A DNA stretch of 64,000 bases from Desulfosudaceae bacterium (GTDB taxonomy: Bacteria > Desulfobacterota > Desulfobacteria > Desulfobacterales > Desulfosudaceae): assembly GCA_963674745.2 (NCBI GenBank), contig CAXXDV010000003.1, forward strand, positions 2,208,001 to 2,272,000. The letters are read 5' to 3'. Below are positions 41,827 through 50,093 of this stretch, piece by piece. The position numbers and the translations under genes were made by a program. Position 1 is the first letter of the stretch, and the number at the start of each line of letters is the position of its first letter. A model generated the notes under the pieces. That model ran no database searches. It saw nothing but the letters and a program-made list of their open reading frames with translations, and was not told where the DNA came from.

Positions 41827-41842
41827 TGGCATTTTATTTGCT
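41827..41842 (+). promoter_or_regulatory. Candidate sigma54 (-24/-12) promoter
   Basis: TGGCATTTTATTTGCT: GG-N10-GC with TGGCA and TTGCT. Confidence 0.5.
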
Positions 41843-41901
41843 TTTTTATTTTTGATACGCTTTTGCTTCATCAGCTTATTTGTTGGCGGGGAAAAAAAAT
41901 A

Positions 41902-41957
41902 TTGACAGGTTTATTTTGTCAGTGTTATGAGTTGATGACGTAAACACTGTTTACGTC
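41902..41957 (+). promoter_or_regulatory. Sigma70-like promoter followed by a perfect 21-bp palindromic operator
   Basis: TTGACA 41902-41907, weak TGT-TATGAG -10, then GACGTAAACA-C-TGTTTACGTC (41937-41957). Confidence 0.65.
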
Positions 41958-42125
41958 TGTGAAAGGGGGTGATAAGGGCAAACTGGTTCTATCCAGACTC
42001 TGTTTTTTAGAGTCGACTATCGTCGGACTACCGTGCAAAACCCAAGCACATCCTTGGTCGGCGAAAAAGTTAAAAGTACTCAATTTAGTAAACCAAACGC
42101 TCAATCAACTTGTGGAGGAAACAGA

Positions 42126-42662
42126 ATGAAGAAGTTAATCGTTAGTTTAGTTGTCGGCGCTTTACTGGTATTGCCGCTTTCCGCTATGGCCATGGACGCC
42201 ATCAGCAATGCTGAGCTTGACGGCGTAGCCGGTCAGGCCGGTGTTACCATCGGCTTTGGCGGTACCACCACCACCACCATCGATTTCAGCGAGCTGAGCT
42301 GGGGAGATCCGGACGGCCTTGGTGCCGGTTGTGGCGCTAATCAGGGCTGGCTGATCATTGACGGTGATATCAGCATACAGCAGATAATTGCCGACGGCCA
42401 GACGCTGACACTGGATGTCGGTACCACCAACGCGGACAGCTGTAGCCCGGGCACAGACGCCGTTGTGATTCCCACTTCCGGAACCACCTTTGTCGCGGTG
42501 GGGCTGCCGTCTACCACAATGAACATCAGTGTTGCCAATCAGCTGACCATCGGGATGGGCACCGCAGCCGGCACCATTGCCGGTACAGTCGGCCTGCTGA
42601 ATCTGGAAAGCCTGTCAGTTGATGCGGGTACCCCAACTACCCTTTACATCTGGGCGCACTAA
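42126..42662 (+). CDS. Secreted DUF6160/FilA-like subunit (putative major subunit, copy 1)
   Basis: GGAGGA RBS; signal peptide ending SAMA; MDAISNAELDGVAGQAGV; G/T-rich beta pattern; ends LYIWAH; 178 aa. Confidence 0.8.
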   Translation: MKKLIVSLVVGALLVLPLSAMAMDAISNAELDGVAGQAGVTIGFGGTTTTTIDFSELSWGDPDGLGAGCGANQGWLIIDGDISIQQIIADGQTLTLDVGTTNADSCSPGTDAVVIPTSGTTFVAVGLPSTTMNISVANQLTIGMGTAAGTIAGTVGLLNLESLSVDAGTPTTLYIWAH

Positions 42663-42696
42663 TTCGTTTTTCAATCTCAGTACGTTTCGGGGGAAT

Positions 42697-43299
42697 ATGT
42701 CTGCTTCAACGGGCATAAATCAAAAAAAAGAGTGGTTAAGACGGATTACCTTTGCCGGCCTTATCCTGATGTTCGGCTTTGCCGTTGTTTCACCGCTACC
42801 CTGCTCGGCAATGGAAGCCCTGACCCAACAGGAACTGGGTGATTTATCCGGAAGGAGCGGTATCAGTATGGGATTCGCCAGCCCTGCGACCGTCAGGGCG
42901 ACGTTTACCTCGCTGAGCTTCGGGGACTCAGATGGCTGGGGCGATGGCACAGGCGGAACTAATAATGCCGGCTGGCTGGTACTCACCGGCAACGGTGCCG
43001 AGTTAAACATTGAGATTCCTGCTAACGCGCAACTTGACATTGATGTCGGCCACACCGTAAGCACCTGCGCCCCCAAGAGTGGCGCAGCTTACGCCGGGTT
43101 AAAAATTCCGGCCGACTCCACTTTTTTTACTTTCAGCCTGACCGAAACCAATATTGTCCTGGTGGTTCCGGATACTGTCTATATTGGTCTCAGCCAATCG
43201 GGCAGTTCAGTAGGTGATTATATGGGTTATATGCGGGCGGACAATGTCGCCATCGATAAAGCGAACAAGAAAAGCTCCTGCTATATTTGGACGCATTAA
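42697..43299 (+). CDS. Secreted DUF6160/FilA-like subunit (divergent paralog)
   Basis: Signal ending PCSA; MEALTQQELGDLSGRSGI; SFGDSDG..GWLV, LDIDVG, ends YIWTH. Confidence 0.78.
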   Translation: MSASTGINQKKEWLRRITFAGLILMFGFAVVSPLPCSAMEALTQQELGDLSGRSGISMGFASPATVRATFTSLSFGDSDGWGDGTGGTNNAGWLVLTGNGAELNIEIPANAQLDIDVGHTVSTCAPKSGAAYAGLKIPADSTFFTFSLTETNIVLVVPDTVYIGLSQSGSSVGDYMGYMRADNVAIDKANKKSSCYIWTH

Positions 43300-43359
43300 C
43301 GATAGCGCCCCCGTACTGAAAAAAAGAGGTATTACAACAACCAACATAAGGAGAAAGAA

Positions 43360-43896
43360 ATGAAAAAACTCGGATTAATTTGTTTAATCGTTAGTTTACT
43401 GGCCCTTCCGATGTCGGCCATGGCCCTGGAAAAAATGTCCGGAGAAGATCTGGGCGGCGTTACCGGTCAGGCCGGTGTTACCATCGGCTTTGGCGGTACC
43501 ACCACCACCACCATCGATTTCAGCGAGCTGAGCTGGGGAGATCCGGACGGCCTTGGTGCCGGTTGTGGCGCTAATCAGGGCTGGCTGATCATTGACGGTG
43601 ATATCAGCATACAGCAGATAATTGCCGACGGCCAGACGCTGACACTGGATGTCGGTACCACCAACGCGGACAGCTGTAGCCCGGGCACAGACGCCGTTGT
43701 GATTCCCACTTCCGGAACCACCTTTATCGCGGTGGGGCTGCCGTCTACCACAATGAACATCAGTGTTGCCAATCAGCTGACCATCGGGATGGGCACCGCA
43801 GCCGGCACCATTGCCGGTACTGTCGGGCTGCTGAATCTGCAGAGCCTGACCGTTGATGCGGGTACCCCGAGTACCCTTTACATCTGGGCTCACTAA
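43360..43896 (+). CDS. Secreted DUF6160/FilA-like subunit (putative major subunit, copy 2)
   Basis: AAGGAG RBS; signal ending SAMA; LEKMSGEDLGGVTGQAGV; mature part nearly identical to 42126-42662. Confidence 0.8.
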   Translation: MKKLGLICLIVSLLALPMSAMALEKMSGEDLGGVTGQAGVTIGFGGTTTTTIDFSELSWGDPDGLGAGCGANQGWLIIDGDISIQQIIADGQTLTLDVGTTNADSCSPGTDAVVIPTSGTTFIAVGLPSTTMNISVANQLTIGMGTAAGTIAGTVGLLNLQSLTVDAGTPSTLYIWAH

Positions 43897-43938
43897 GATC
43901 CCTGTGTCCGTTTGATGTATTATAACGGATAACAATAT

Positions 43939-43990
43939 GGATGTTTTTGGGCAGGCGGTAAAATAAATATACCCCTGCCCGAAAACATCC
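43939..43990 (+). terminator. Long intergenic stem-loop (terminator or mRNA-stabilising element)
   Basis: GGATGTTTTTGGGCAGG ... CCTGCCCGAAAACATCC inverted repeat; no clear U-tract. Confidence 0.55.
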
Positions 43991-44009
43991 CTTATAATAA
44001 TGCGCTATT

Positions 44010-45119
44010 ATGCAACCATTTAGAACCTTTACCCTCAATCCCAGCCTTATCAGGCAGACGTTCACCTGCTTTCTTTTTCTTTTGATTACCGTTTCTGCTT
44101 ACGCCGGCACAACTGAATTGTTGTCCGACGCCTGCATAGCAGACATTACAGCCGGTGCCGGTGATACGGTAATAACGGCTTTTTATGAGACCCCGACCAC
44201 AGCCTACATTGATAATACGCCCCGCTGGTGGGGGGATATGGATGGTGCTGCCGGTGCCGGATGCGGTAACGCACCCGGATTTATCGTCACCAACCTTCCC
44301 TACAATGATTTCCAGCATGATAATTTTAAGTATTCATTTAACAGTCAGGCTGAATTGGATGCGTTCATAAATGATCTGGCTACGTTGCCGGGCAGCCCAA
44401 TTAATGTGCTTGCCACTGACTATATCAAAAGCAACCCCGGTACCGACCATATTTTTTCCAATGACGGCAGGCCCCCCCGTGTCCAGGAAATCATCATTAC
44501 CACTGACCAGAAAATAAACGGAGATTTTGTCCGTACCCATAACGGCCAGGTCATTACCCAGAACGTGCGTTTTGACCTTGAATTCCTGCCGCCTTACGCG
44601 AGATCTTACACTACTGAAACAACGGAGCAAACAGCTGAGGGCAGGGACGGGAAAACCGGTCGCCTGCTCCCCTCCAGATCTTTCAGACAGTACAATCAAT
44701 ATGAATGGGTGCAACGAAATAATTCCGGCGTTGAAATCATACGGAATGCGGACGGAACATTCTACTTTACCCAGCGTCAGCCACACACGTTTAATTTCGG
44801 TGCGATTTATCTGGAATGTACGACTACGGGCGATCAGCCCATACTTTCATCTTCTGGTTATGTTGTCGTACCGCCAAACACCACTTTTCTGAGAAACACC
44901 ATTTATAATGATTTGAATGTTTACAGCCCTGCTTTGGGCATGACGATCGGCCTTGCCCCTGCCGGAGAAACCGATCCGGAAACCGGGGAAATTTCTCCCG
45001 ACCTTGATCACTATCAGGAACTGGGAATACTTGATATAAGAAATTTGAATATTTCGCTAAAAGGCGGCAACGATATTTATGTTTATGCCAATGAGGATCT
45101 GGATGTGCGCTGCCCCTAA
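44010..45119 (+). CDS. Secreted FilA-like paralog with large insertions (putative minor subunit)
   Basis: Signal ending SAYA; LLSDACIADITAGAG; WGDMDG..GAGCG, VVPPNTTF, MTIGL, GILDIRNLNI, IYVYA align with the small subunits. Confidence 0.7.
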   Translation: MQPFRTFTLNPSLIRQTFTCFLFLLITVSAYAGTTELLSDACIADITAGAGDTVITAFYETPTTAYIDNTPRWWGDMDGAAGAGCGNAPGFIVTNLPYNDFQHDNFKYSFNSQAELDAFINDLATLPGSPINVLATDYIKSNPGTDHIFSNDGRPPRVQEIIITTDQKINGDFVRTHNGQVITQNVRFDLEFLPPYARSYTTETTEQTAEGRDGKTGRLLPSRSFRQYNQYEWVQRNNSGVEIIRNADGTFYFTQRQPHTFNFGAIYLECTTTGDQPILSSSGYVVVPPNTTFLRNTIYNDLNVYSPALGMTIGLAPAGETDPETGEISPDLDHYQELGILDIRNLNISLKGGNDIYVYANEDLDVRCP

Positions 45120-45260
45120 AAAAGACTTCCAGATCATCGACTTCTATTATCACATTTCCTCTTTGATTATCTCTTATTTTAAGCAAGCGGTTATTACCAA
45201 ATTTATTTACACGGTTTTAATAAACGGAACCAGAACATTCGTGTGTTTTTTAATTTTTTC

Positions 45261-45312
45261 TTTACAAAACAAGTTTCATATGATTAAGCTTAATACGATA
45301 AACAATGTTCAC
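45261..45312 (+). promoter_or_regulatory. Sigma70-like promoter with a third copy of the operator
   Basis: TTTACA (45261-45266), 18 nt, TAAGCT (45285-45290), then ATAAACAATGTTCAC (45298-45312). Confidence 0.5.
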
Positions 45313-45353
45313 CAGTTGATTTTGCTTAAACCGGTGCCTGGGGGAGACTAATT

Positions 45354-46136
45354 ATGCACGTACTTATTGCTTTCTTAATCAGTACTGCCTTGCTTTCCGG
45401 TTTTCTCCCCTCAAGGGAGATACCTGACAATGAGGTGCGTTTTATTTATGCCCCTATTGACGGTATAACAACCAACACGGATTACTATCTTCCCCACGCT
45501 CTCCAGCCGGTCGAACTGCATTTTGAGATGAGAAACGCGTCGGATATAGAAAAATCACGCATTATTTCTCAGAAATATGACTATAGTTGCGGATCTGCTG
45601 CCCTGGCCACACTCTTAAGATACCACCTTGCTGAAGATTTTGAGGAAACGCACATTATTCACGGCCTGCTGAAATACGGGGACAAGGAAAAAATTATAGA
45701 GAGAAGGGCGTTCTCCCTTCTGGATATGAAAAAATTTGTTAATGCCATCGGATACCAGGGCGTGGGCTACAAGGCTGAAATAGAGGACCTTGAAACGCTG
45801 AACATGCCCTGCATTCTACCCATGGAACTTTACGGTTATCGCCATTTTACCGTGTTCAAAGACGTTTATAAAGGCCATGTTTTTCTGGCTGACCCGTTTC
45901 AGGGAAACACCAGCTACCCGATAGAACAATTTAAAAAGTTGTGGCATGAAAATGTTATTTTTGTCGTTTATCCTTCAGGAGAAGAGCAATTGGCCTTATT
46001 AAAATTGAAAAACGACGATCTCCGTTTTATGGATGAAGATCGGACACTGGATATCATGTTTCGAGACAGAATGTTAGAGAAAGAACCAATGCCGATTGAG
46101 ACAGATCCTAAAACACGACAATACTATAAAAGATAA
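45354..46136 (+). CDS. Stand-alone C39-family cysteine peptidase (FapD/FilB-like)
   Basis: QKYDYSCGSAALATLL, FSLLDMK, HFTV, LADP; hydrophobic N-terminus; no ABC domain. Confidence 0.92.
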   Translation: MHVLIAFLISTALLSGFLPSREIPDNEVRFIYAPIDGITTNTDYYLPHALQPVELHFEMRNASDIEKSRIISQKYDYSCGSAALATLLRYHLAEDFEETHIIHGLLKYGDKEKIIERRAFSLLDMKKFVNAIGYQGVGYKAEIEDLETLNMPCILPMELYGYRHFTVFKDVYKGHVFLADPFQGNTSYPIEQFKKLWHENVIFVVYPSGEEQLALLKLKNDDLRFMDEDRTLDIMFRDRMLEKEPMPIETDPKTRQYYKR

Positions 46137-46160
46137 ACCGCAATGCGCCTCAGGAGGTAC

Positions 46161-48092
46161 ATGTTGAAGGCAAATATAAAAATTATTTTCATGGCGGCGT
46201 TATTACTGACAGCCCTGGTAATAAATGGAAACGGTCAGGAAAACCAGACAGGTACCAAGGCCAGCGACCAGGCTGAAACCGGTTTTTCAAAAAGCCTCAC
46301 CTCGAGAGAGTTGGAGCGGCAAACCGCTGCCGGCCTGAAAAAGGACCTGGCCCCTGAAGCACTTGAGGCAGCCACTGGTGCCGGCCTGAAAAAAAATCTG
46401 GACAGTGATGAACTGCAGGAGTCCACGGCCGCCGGCCTGAAAAAAGACCTGACCACTGAAGAGTTAAATTCATCCATTGGAGCGGGCATCAGGCGTGTCT
46501 CATCGCTGGAACTGGATAAAGCATCCGGCCGGGGATTTATGACCGACATGACCCGGGCGGAGCTGGAAAATCTTGTCGGTAAGGGCTTTATCGGCAAGCT
46601 TACACCTGATGAAATTGAACAAATCAGCGCCCGGGGAACATTATCTGATGAACAGGCGCGAATGACCATCAAAGACCTTGCTTCTGTTTTCGCTCAGGGC
46701 GTTAAATTCATCATTGACACATCAAAATTTTCAGAAGAGGAGCTGGGCGAAATTAAAGGCCGGGGCACCCTTCAGGATATCGGTAAATTCCCCTACTCGA
46801 TCCAGGTGGGGGTTTTCAGGGACAAAGCCAATGCCATTGCCATGCTGGAAACCATTAAAGGACAAGGCTATGATCCTTATATTTTCAGAACCCGTGATGA
46901 CCTCGGCAATTCGCTGTTTGCCGTTCGCCTCGGCGATTATGAATCCATTCAGGAAGCTTATGCCGAAGTGACACATTACAAGGGCAAAGAACACAAGGAA
47001 GCTTTTGTCACCTACATCAACTCTACCAAAAGTGTGGATGAAAAAGACATCGTTAATGAAAAAGATGAAAGCGCACGTCCGGATCTTTCTAATCAGCTTG
47101 ATTTTGACAAAGAATACGCCAGCGAGGATCTGAGGGCTCTTTACAAACAGATTCAAGCACTTGAAGGTGAAGTTGATAAATTACGGACTGAGTCGCAAGC
47201 CAGGAAAAAACTCAAGATGACAGAAGCCGAGCAGCAAAAGGAGGAAGAAGAAATCCTCTCCGCTGCCGGGCGTGAGTATGTGCTGTCGCCGGCCGGAACT
47301 TTAAGCTTTGATTATAATTTCGGATACACCCATAACAGTTATGACGAGGCTGAATGGAACGTTTCCCGCATCAAGCATACAGCTGATCATACACTGACGA
47401 ACACCCTGTCAACCACTTACGCTCTGTTCGACAACCTTTCTTTGTCCGCGTCCATTCCGTTCAAATATAAGTATCACGATCTGGGTGTCAGCGGGTCAAA
47501 AGATGTCAGCGATTTAGGCGACCTTTCTTTAAGCTTCAGCTGGCAGCCTACCAAATCCCAACAGTCGATACCGCCTATCATTGTTACTACCAGTGTTTCC
47601 GCGCCTACCGGTCGGGGACCGTATGAAATCAACCCGGAAGTTGATTTATCAACCGGTTCCGGTATTTATTCGTTTTCACTTGGTGTCAACACCAACAAAA
47701 AAGTCGATCCGGTAGTGGTTTACGGGGGGCTTGCTTATTCCTTTCTGTTAAAGGAAAAAGACTTGGACTACTATCTGGGAACAGGCGCTGTTCTTAATGA
47801 AGTAGAACCGGGCGGGGGGGTTGCCTTGAGCCTGGGGCTTGGTTATGCCATGTCCTATGCGGCAACTATCAACGTAGGCATCAGTATGACTTATTCCTTC
47901 GGGTCAACGTATTATTATCTGGACGGCAGTAAGTCGGAAACCGGTGATGCGGTCAGCGCCAGCCTCAGCCTGGGTACCGGCTGGCGTTTTTCAAGCCAGC
48001 GGACAATCAGTTTTTCCGTTGGCATCGGCCTGACCAATGATGCTTCGGACTTCTCATTTTCCTTTAGAATACCCTTTGATTACGCACTGTAA
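46161..48092 (+). CDS. Outer-membrane transporter (FapF/FilC-like barrel) with N-terminal repeats, SPOR domain and coiled coil
   Basis: AGGAGG RBS before ATG 46161; signal peptide; 17-aa repeats; SPOR-like YSIQVGVF...AVRLGDY; coiled coil; LGDLSL, APTGRGPY, STGSG, DPVVVYG, GIGLT.DA.DF.F.FRIPF. Confidence 0.8.
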   Translation: MLKANIKIIFMAALLLTALVINGNGQENQTGTKASDQAETGFSKSLTSRELERQTAAGLKKDLAPEALEAATGAGLKKNLDSDELQESTAAGLKKDLTTEELNSSIGAGIRRVSSLELDKASGRGFMTDMTRAELENLVGKGFIGKLTPDEIEQISARGTLSDEQARMTIKDLASVFAQGVKFIIDTSKFSEEELGEIKGRGTLQDIGKFPYSIQVGVFRDKANAIAMLETIKGQGYDPYIFRTRDDLGNSLFAVRLGDYESIQEAYAEVTHYKGKEHKEAFVTYINSTKSVDEKDIVNEKDESARPDLSNQLDFDKEYASEDLRALYKQIQALEGEVDKLRTESQARKKLKMTEAEQQKEEEEILSAAGREYVLSPAGTLSFDYNFGYTHNSYDEAEWNVSRIKHTADHTLTNTLSTTYALFDNLSLSASIPFKYKYHDLGVSGSKDVSDLGDLSLSFSWQPTKSQQSIPPIIVTTSVSAPTGRGPYEINPEVDLSTGSGIYSFSLGVNTNKKVDPVVVYGGLAYSFLLKEKDLDYYLGTGAVLNEVEPGGGVALSLGLGYAMSYAATINVGISMTYSFGSTYYYLDGSKSETGDAVSASLSLGTGWRFSSQRTISFSVGIGLTNDASDFSFSFRIPFDYAL

Positions 48093-48110
48093 AACGTGAC
48101 AGGAGAATTG

Positions 48111-49928
48111 ATGCGATCACGACCACAGGCCAGACCGGGATGGTTATTTTTAATTGCCTGTTTTATATTCAGCCTCGGCGGCAGTATCAACTGCCAGGCA
48201 GCCCTTTTTGAAAACATGGCCATCTGTGCCAAGGCCATCTCGCTGGCAAACTCCTGTACCGCCTATCCTCCGGATCAAATGTCCATTCACTATAATCCGG
48301 CCGGGCTATCCACTGTTCATGACGGTCTCCAATTGAGCCAGGGGCTTCTCACCGCCTCGTTTGCATTAAAATCAAGGTTTGATCCGGATCCGGACTTTCC
48401 CGGATGGCTGGGCGGAATTTACAGCGGGGAGCCGGGTGATTCTGATTATTACGACTACCGCCCCGAAGCCGATCCGGTTGCCGGCCAAAGCGGTACCAGT
48501 TCAGGTGTTCATCTTTACCTTCCCCTGATGGGCTCCCAGGACATGAGTTCTGTCGGTATGCCGACGCCGTTTGGTTTTTCTCTGGCCGCAGCCCCTTTCC
48601 CTTTTGGCCTGTCTTACCGGAAACCGAATTCACGCGTAACCTTCGGATTCGGTTTATATGCCCCTGCCATGGGCGGGTTTTACCGTGATGACGATGACCC
48701 CGCCCGGTACAACGGACGGGCGCTTTCCATGCAGCACATTGTTTACGCCGCACCAGCCGTCAGCTATCAACTGACGGATACCCTTTCCGTAGGGGTTACC
48801 CTGGGGCTTGGTCAGGGTGCCACCGAGATTGACACGGACATGCGATTGCCCAACGACATGACCGCATTGACGGAAATTCTCGGTATATCAACGCAAGGAT
48901 TGAACATCCCCGTTATTTCTCAATTGACCCTCCCCCCGCCATGGATGGGCGGCGGTGTCGGCCCTTATGACGATATCGGCAACATGTCTCTTGCTGTCCG
49001 TGATGACTATACACCGAGCTACAATCTTGGTCTTCTTTGGGAACCGTCCAACTGGTTTTCATTCGGTCTCTGTTATCAAAGTGAAGTCAAAATGGAATAT
49101 AGCGGCAGCTTCAAATTCACCTACAGCGAGGAATTTCAAGGTTTTGTCGCCTGGATGGGCAGTTCGCCACTACTCCTGGCCGTTTCCCAGCTGCTGGATC
49201 TTCCCTACCGATCCACACCTTACCAGCAAGGGGCAGTCAACTTGACAGGTGGAGACTTCCCGGAGAGAATCCAGACCGGTATCATGCTTCGCCCCATCCG
49301 CCGTCTTAGGCTGATGTGTGATCTGCACTGGATAAACTATTCCAAGACCAAGGCCTATACCATAATCTTTGACCAGGACATCCAGGCTTTAATGATATCC
49401 AAATTCATCGGGCACCTGGATGGGAATAACAGATTAAAGATTGACATGAACATGAAGGATGAAGTCCATCTCAGCTTCGGCCTTGAATACCAACTGCTGG
49501 ACTGGCTGTCCTTAAGATGCGGTTATGAAGACAGAAAAACATCTGTAAACATGGACTATTTCTCGTTGCTGGCACCGCTGGCCGATATAGACTACTATGG
49601 TGTCGGCCTGGGCATTCAATTAAAAAGCGGCCTGAAAATCGATCTGGCCGCCGGGTTTCTCAAGTCCGACTCATGGGAGGTGCCCAACAATTCCAGTAAG
49701 AATCTGAACTCTACGGAATTTATCGATGCAGTGTACAACCCCTATGGGGGTATGGATGTTTCGGGCAGCATGGAAGCCACCCTCATTGCCGCCAATTTTT
49801 CCCTGCCGTTCGAATATCTTTACCGGGTCGGCGACTTGTTAAAAGATACCGGGCAAAAAATCAAAGAGAATATGCCTTTTATGAAAAAATCGAAAAAGCC
49901 TGAAACACAGGACCCGATCAATAAGTAA
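48111..49928 (+). CDS. OmpP1/FadL/TodX-family outer-membrane protein (FilD-like)
   Basis: Signal peptide; AISLAN, HYNPAGL, FGFGLYAP, PAVSYQLTD.LSVG, NLGLLWE, FGLEY, LRCGY; AGGAG before ATG 48111. Confidence 0.85.
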   Translation: MRSRPQARPGWLFLIACFIFSLGGSINCQAALFENMAICAKAISLANSCTAYPPDQMSIHYNPAGLSTVHDGLQLSQGLLTASFALKSRFDPDPDFPGWLGGIYSGEPGDSDYYDYRPEADPVAGQSGTSSGVHLYLPLMGSQDMSSVGMPTPFGFSLAAAPFPFGLSYRKPNSRVTFGFGLYAPAMGGFYRDDDDPARYNGRALSMQHIVYAAPAVSYQLTDTLSVGVTLGLGQGATEIDTDMRLPNDMTALTEILGISTQGLNIPVISQLTLPPPWMGGGVGPYDDIGNMSLAVRDDYTPSYNLGLLWEPSNWFSFGLCYQSEVKMEYSGSFKFTYSEEFQGFVAWMGSSPLLLAVSQLLDLPYRSTPYQQGAVNLTGGDFPERIQTGIMLRPIRRLRLMCDLHWINYSKTKAYTIIFDQDIQALMISKFIGHLDGNNRLKIDMNMKDEVHLSFGLEYQLLDWLSLRCGYEDRKTSVNMDYFSLLAPLADIDYYGVGLGIQLKSGLKIDLAAGFLKSDSWEVPNNSSKNLNSTEFIDAVYNPYGGMDVSGSMEATLIAANFSLPFEYLYRVGDLLKDTGQKIKENMPFMKKSKKPETQDPINK

Positions 49929-50093
49929 CACTTTTTTTAGAAGGACAAAATAAGCTCAATATCAGCTTTTTAATTCAAAAGGCCAAAACTCCTGATAGAA
50001 TTCACATTGCAGTGTAGTGTCAGGATGCGTTCTTGCGATGTGCTGATATTGAATTTTTTTTTGCGGTCTTTAATCACATGGGAAAGAGGAAAA

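Noticed and set aside
41970..42070. Possible c-di-GMP-I riboswitch in the subunit leader (GGGCAAACTGG...CCAG)
   Set aside because: Lacks the GAAA tetraloop and the GACGCAAAG junction; only a partial resemblance
42126..46136. Bacteriocin/RiPP cluster (GG-like leaders, C39 peptidase, radical SAMs)
   Set aside because: Precursors are 178-569 aa with Sec signals, the C39 is not fused to an ABC exporter, and outer-membrane barrels follow; a Fil/Fap-type reading fits better
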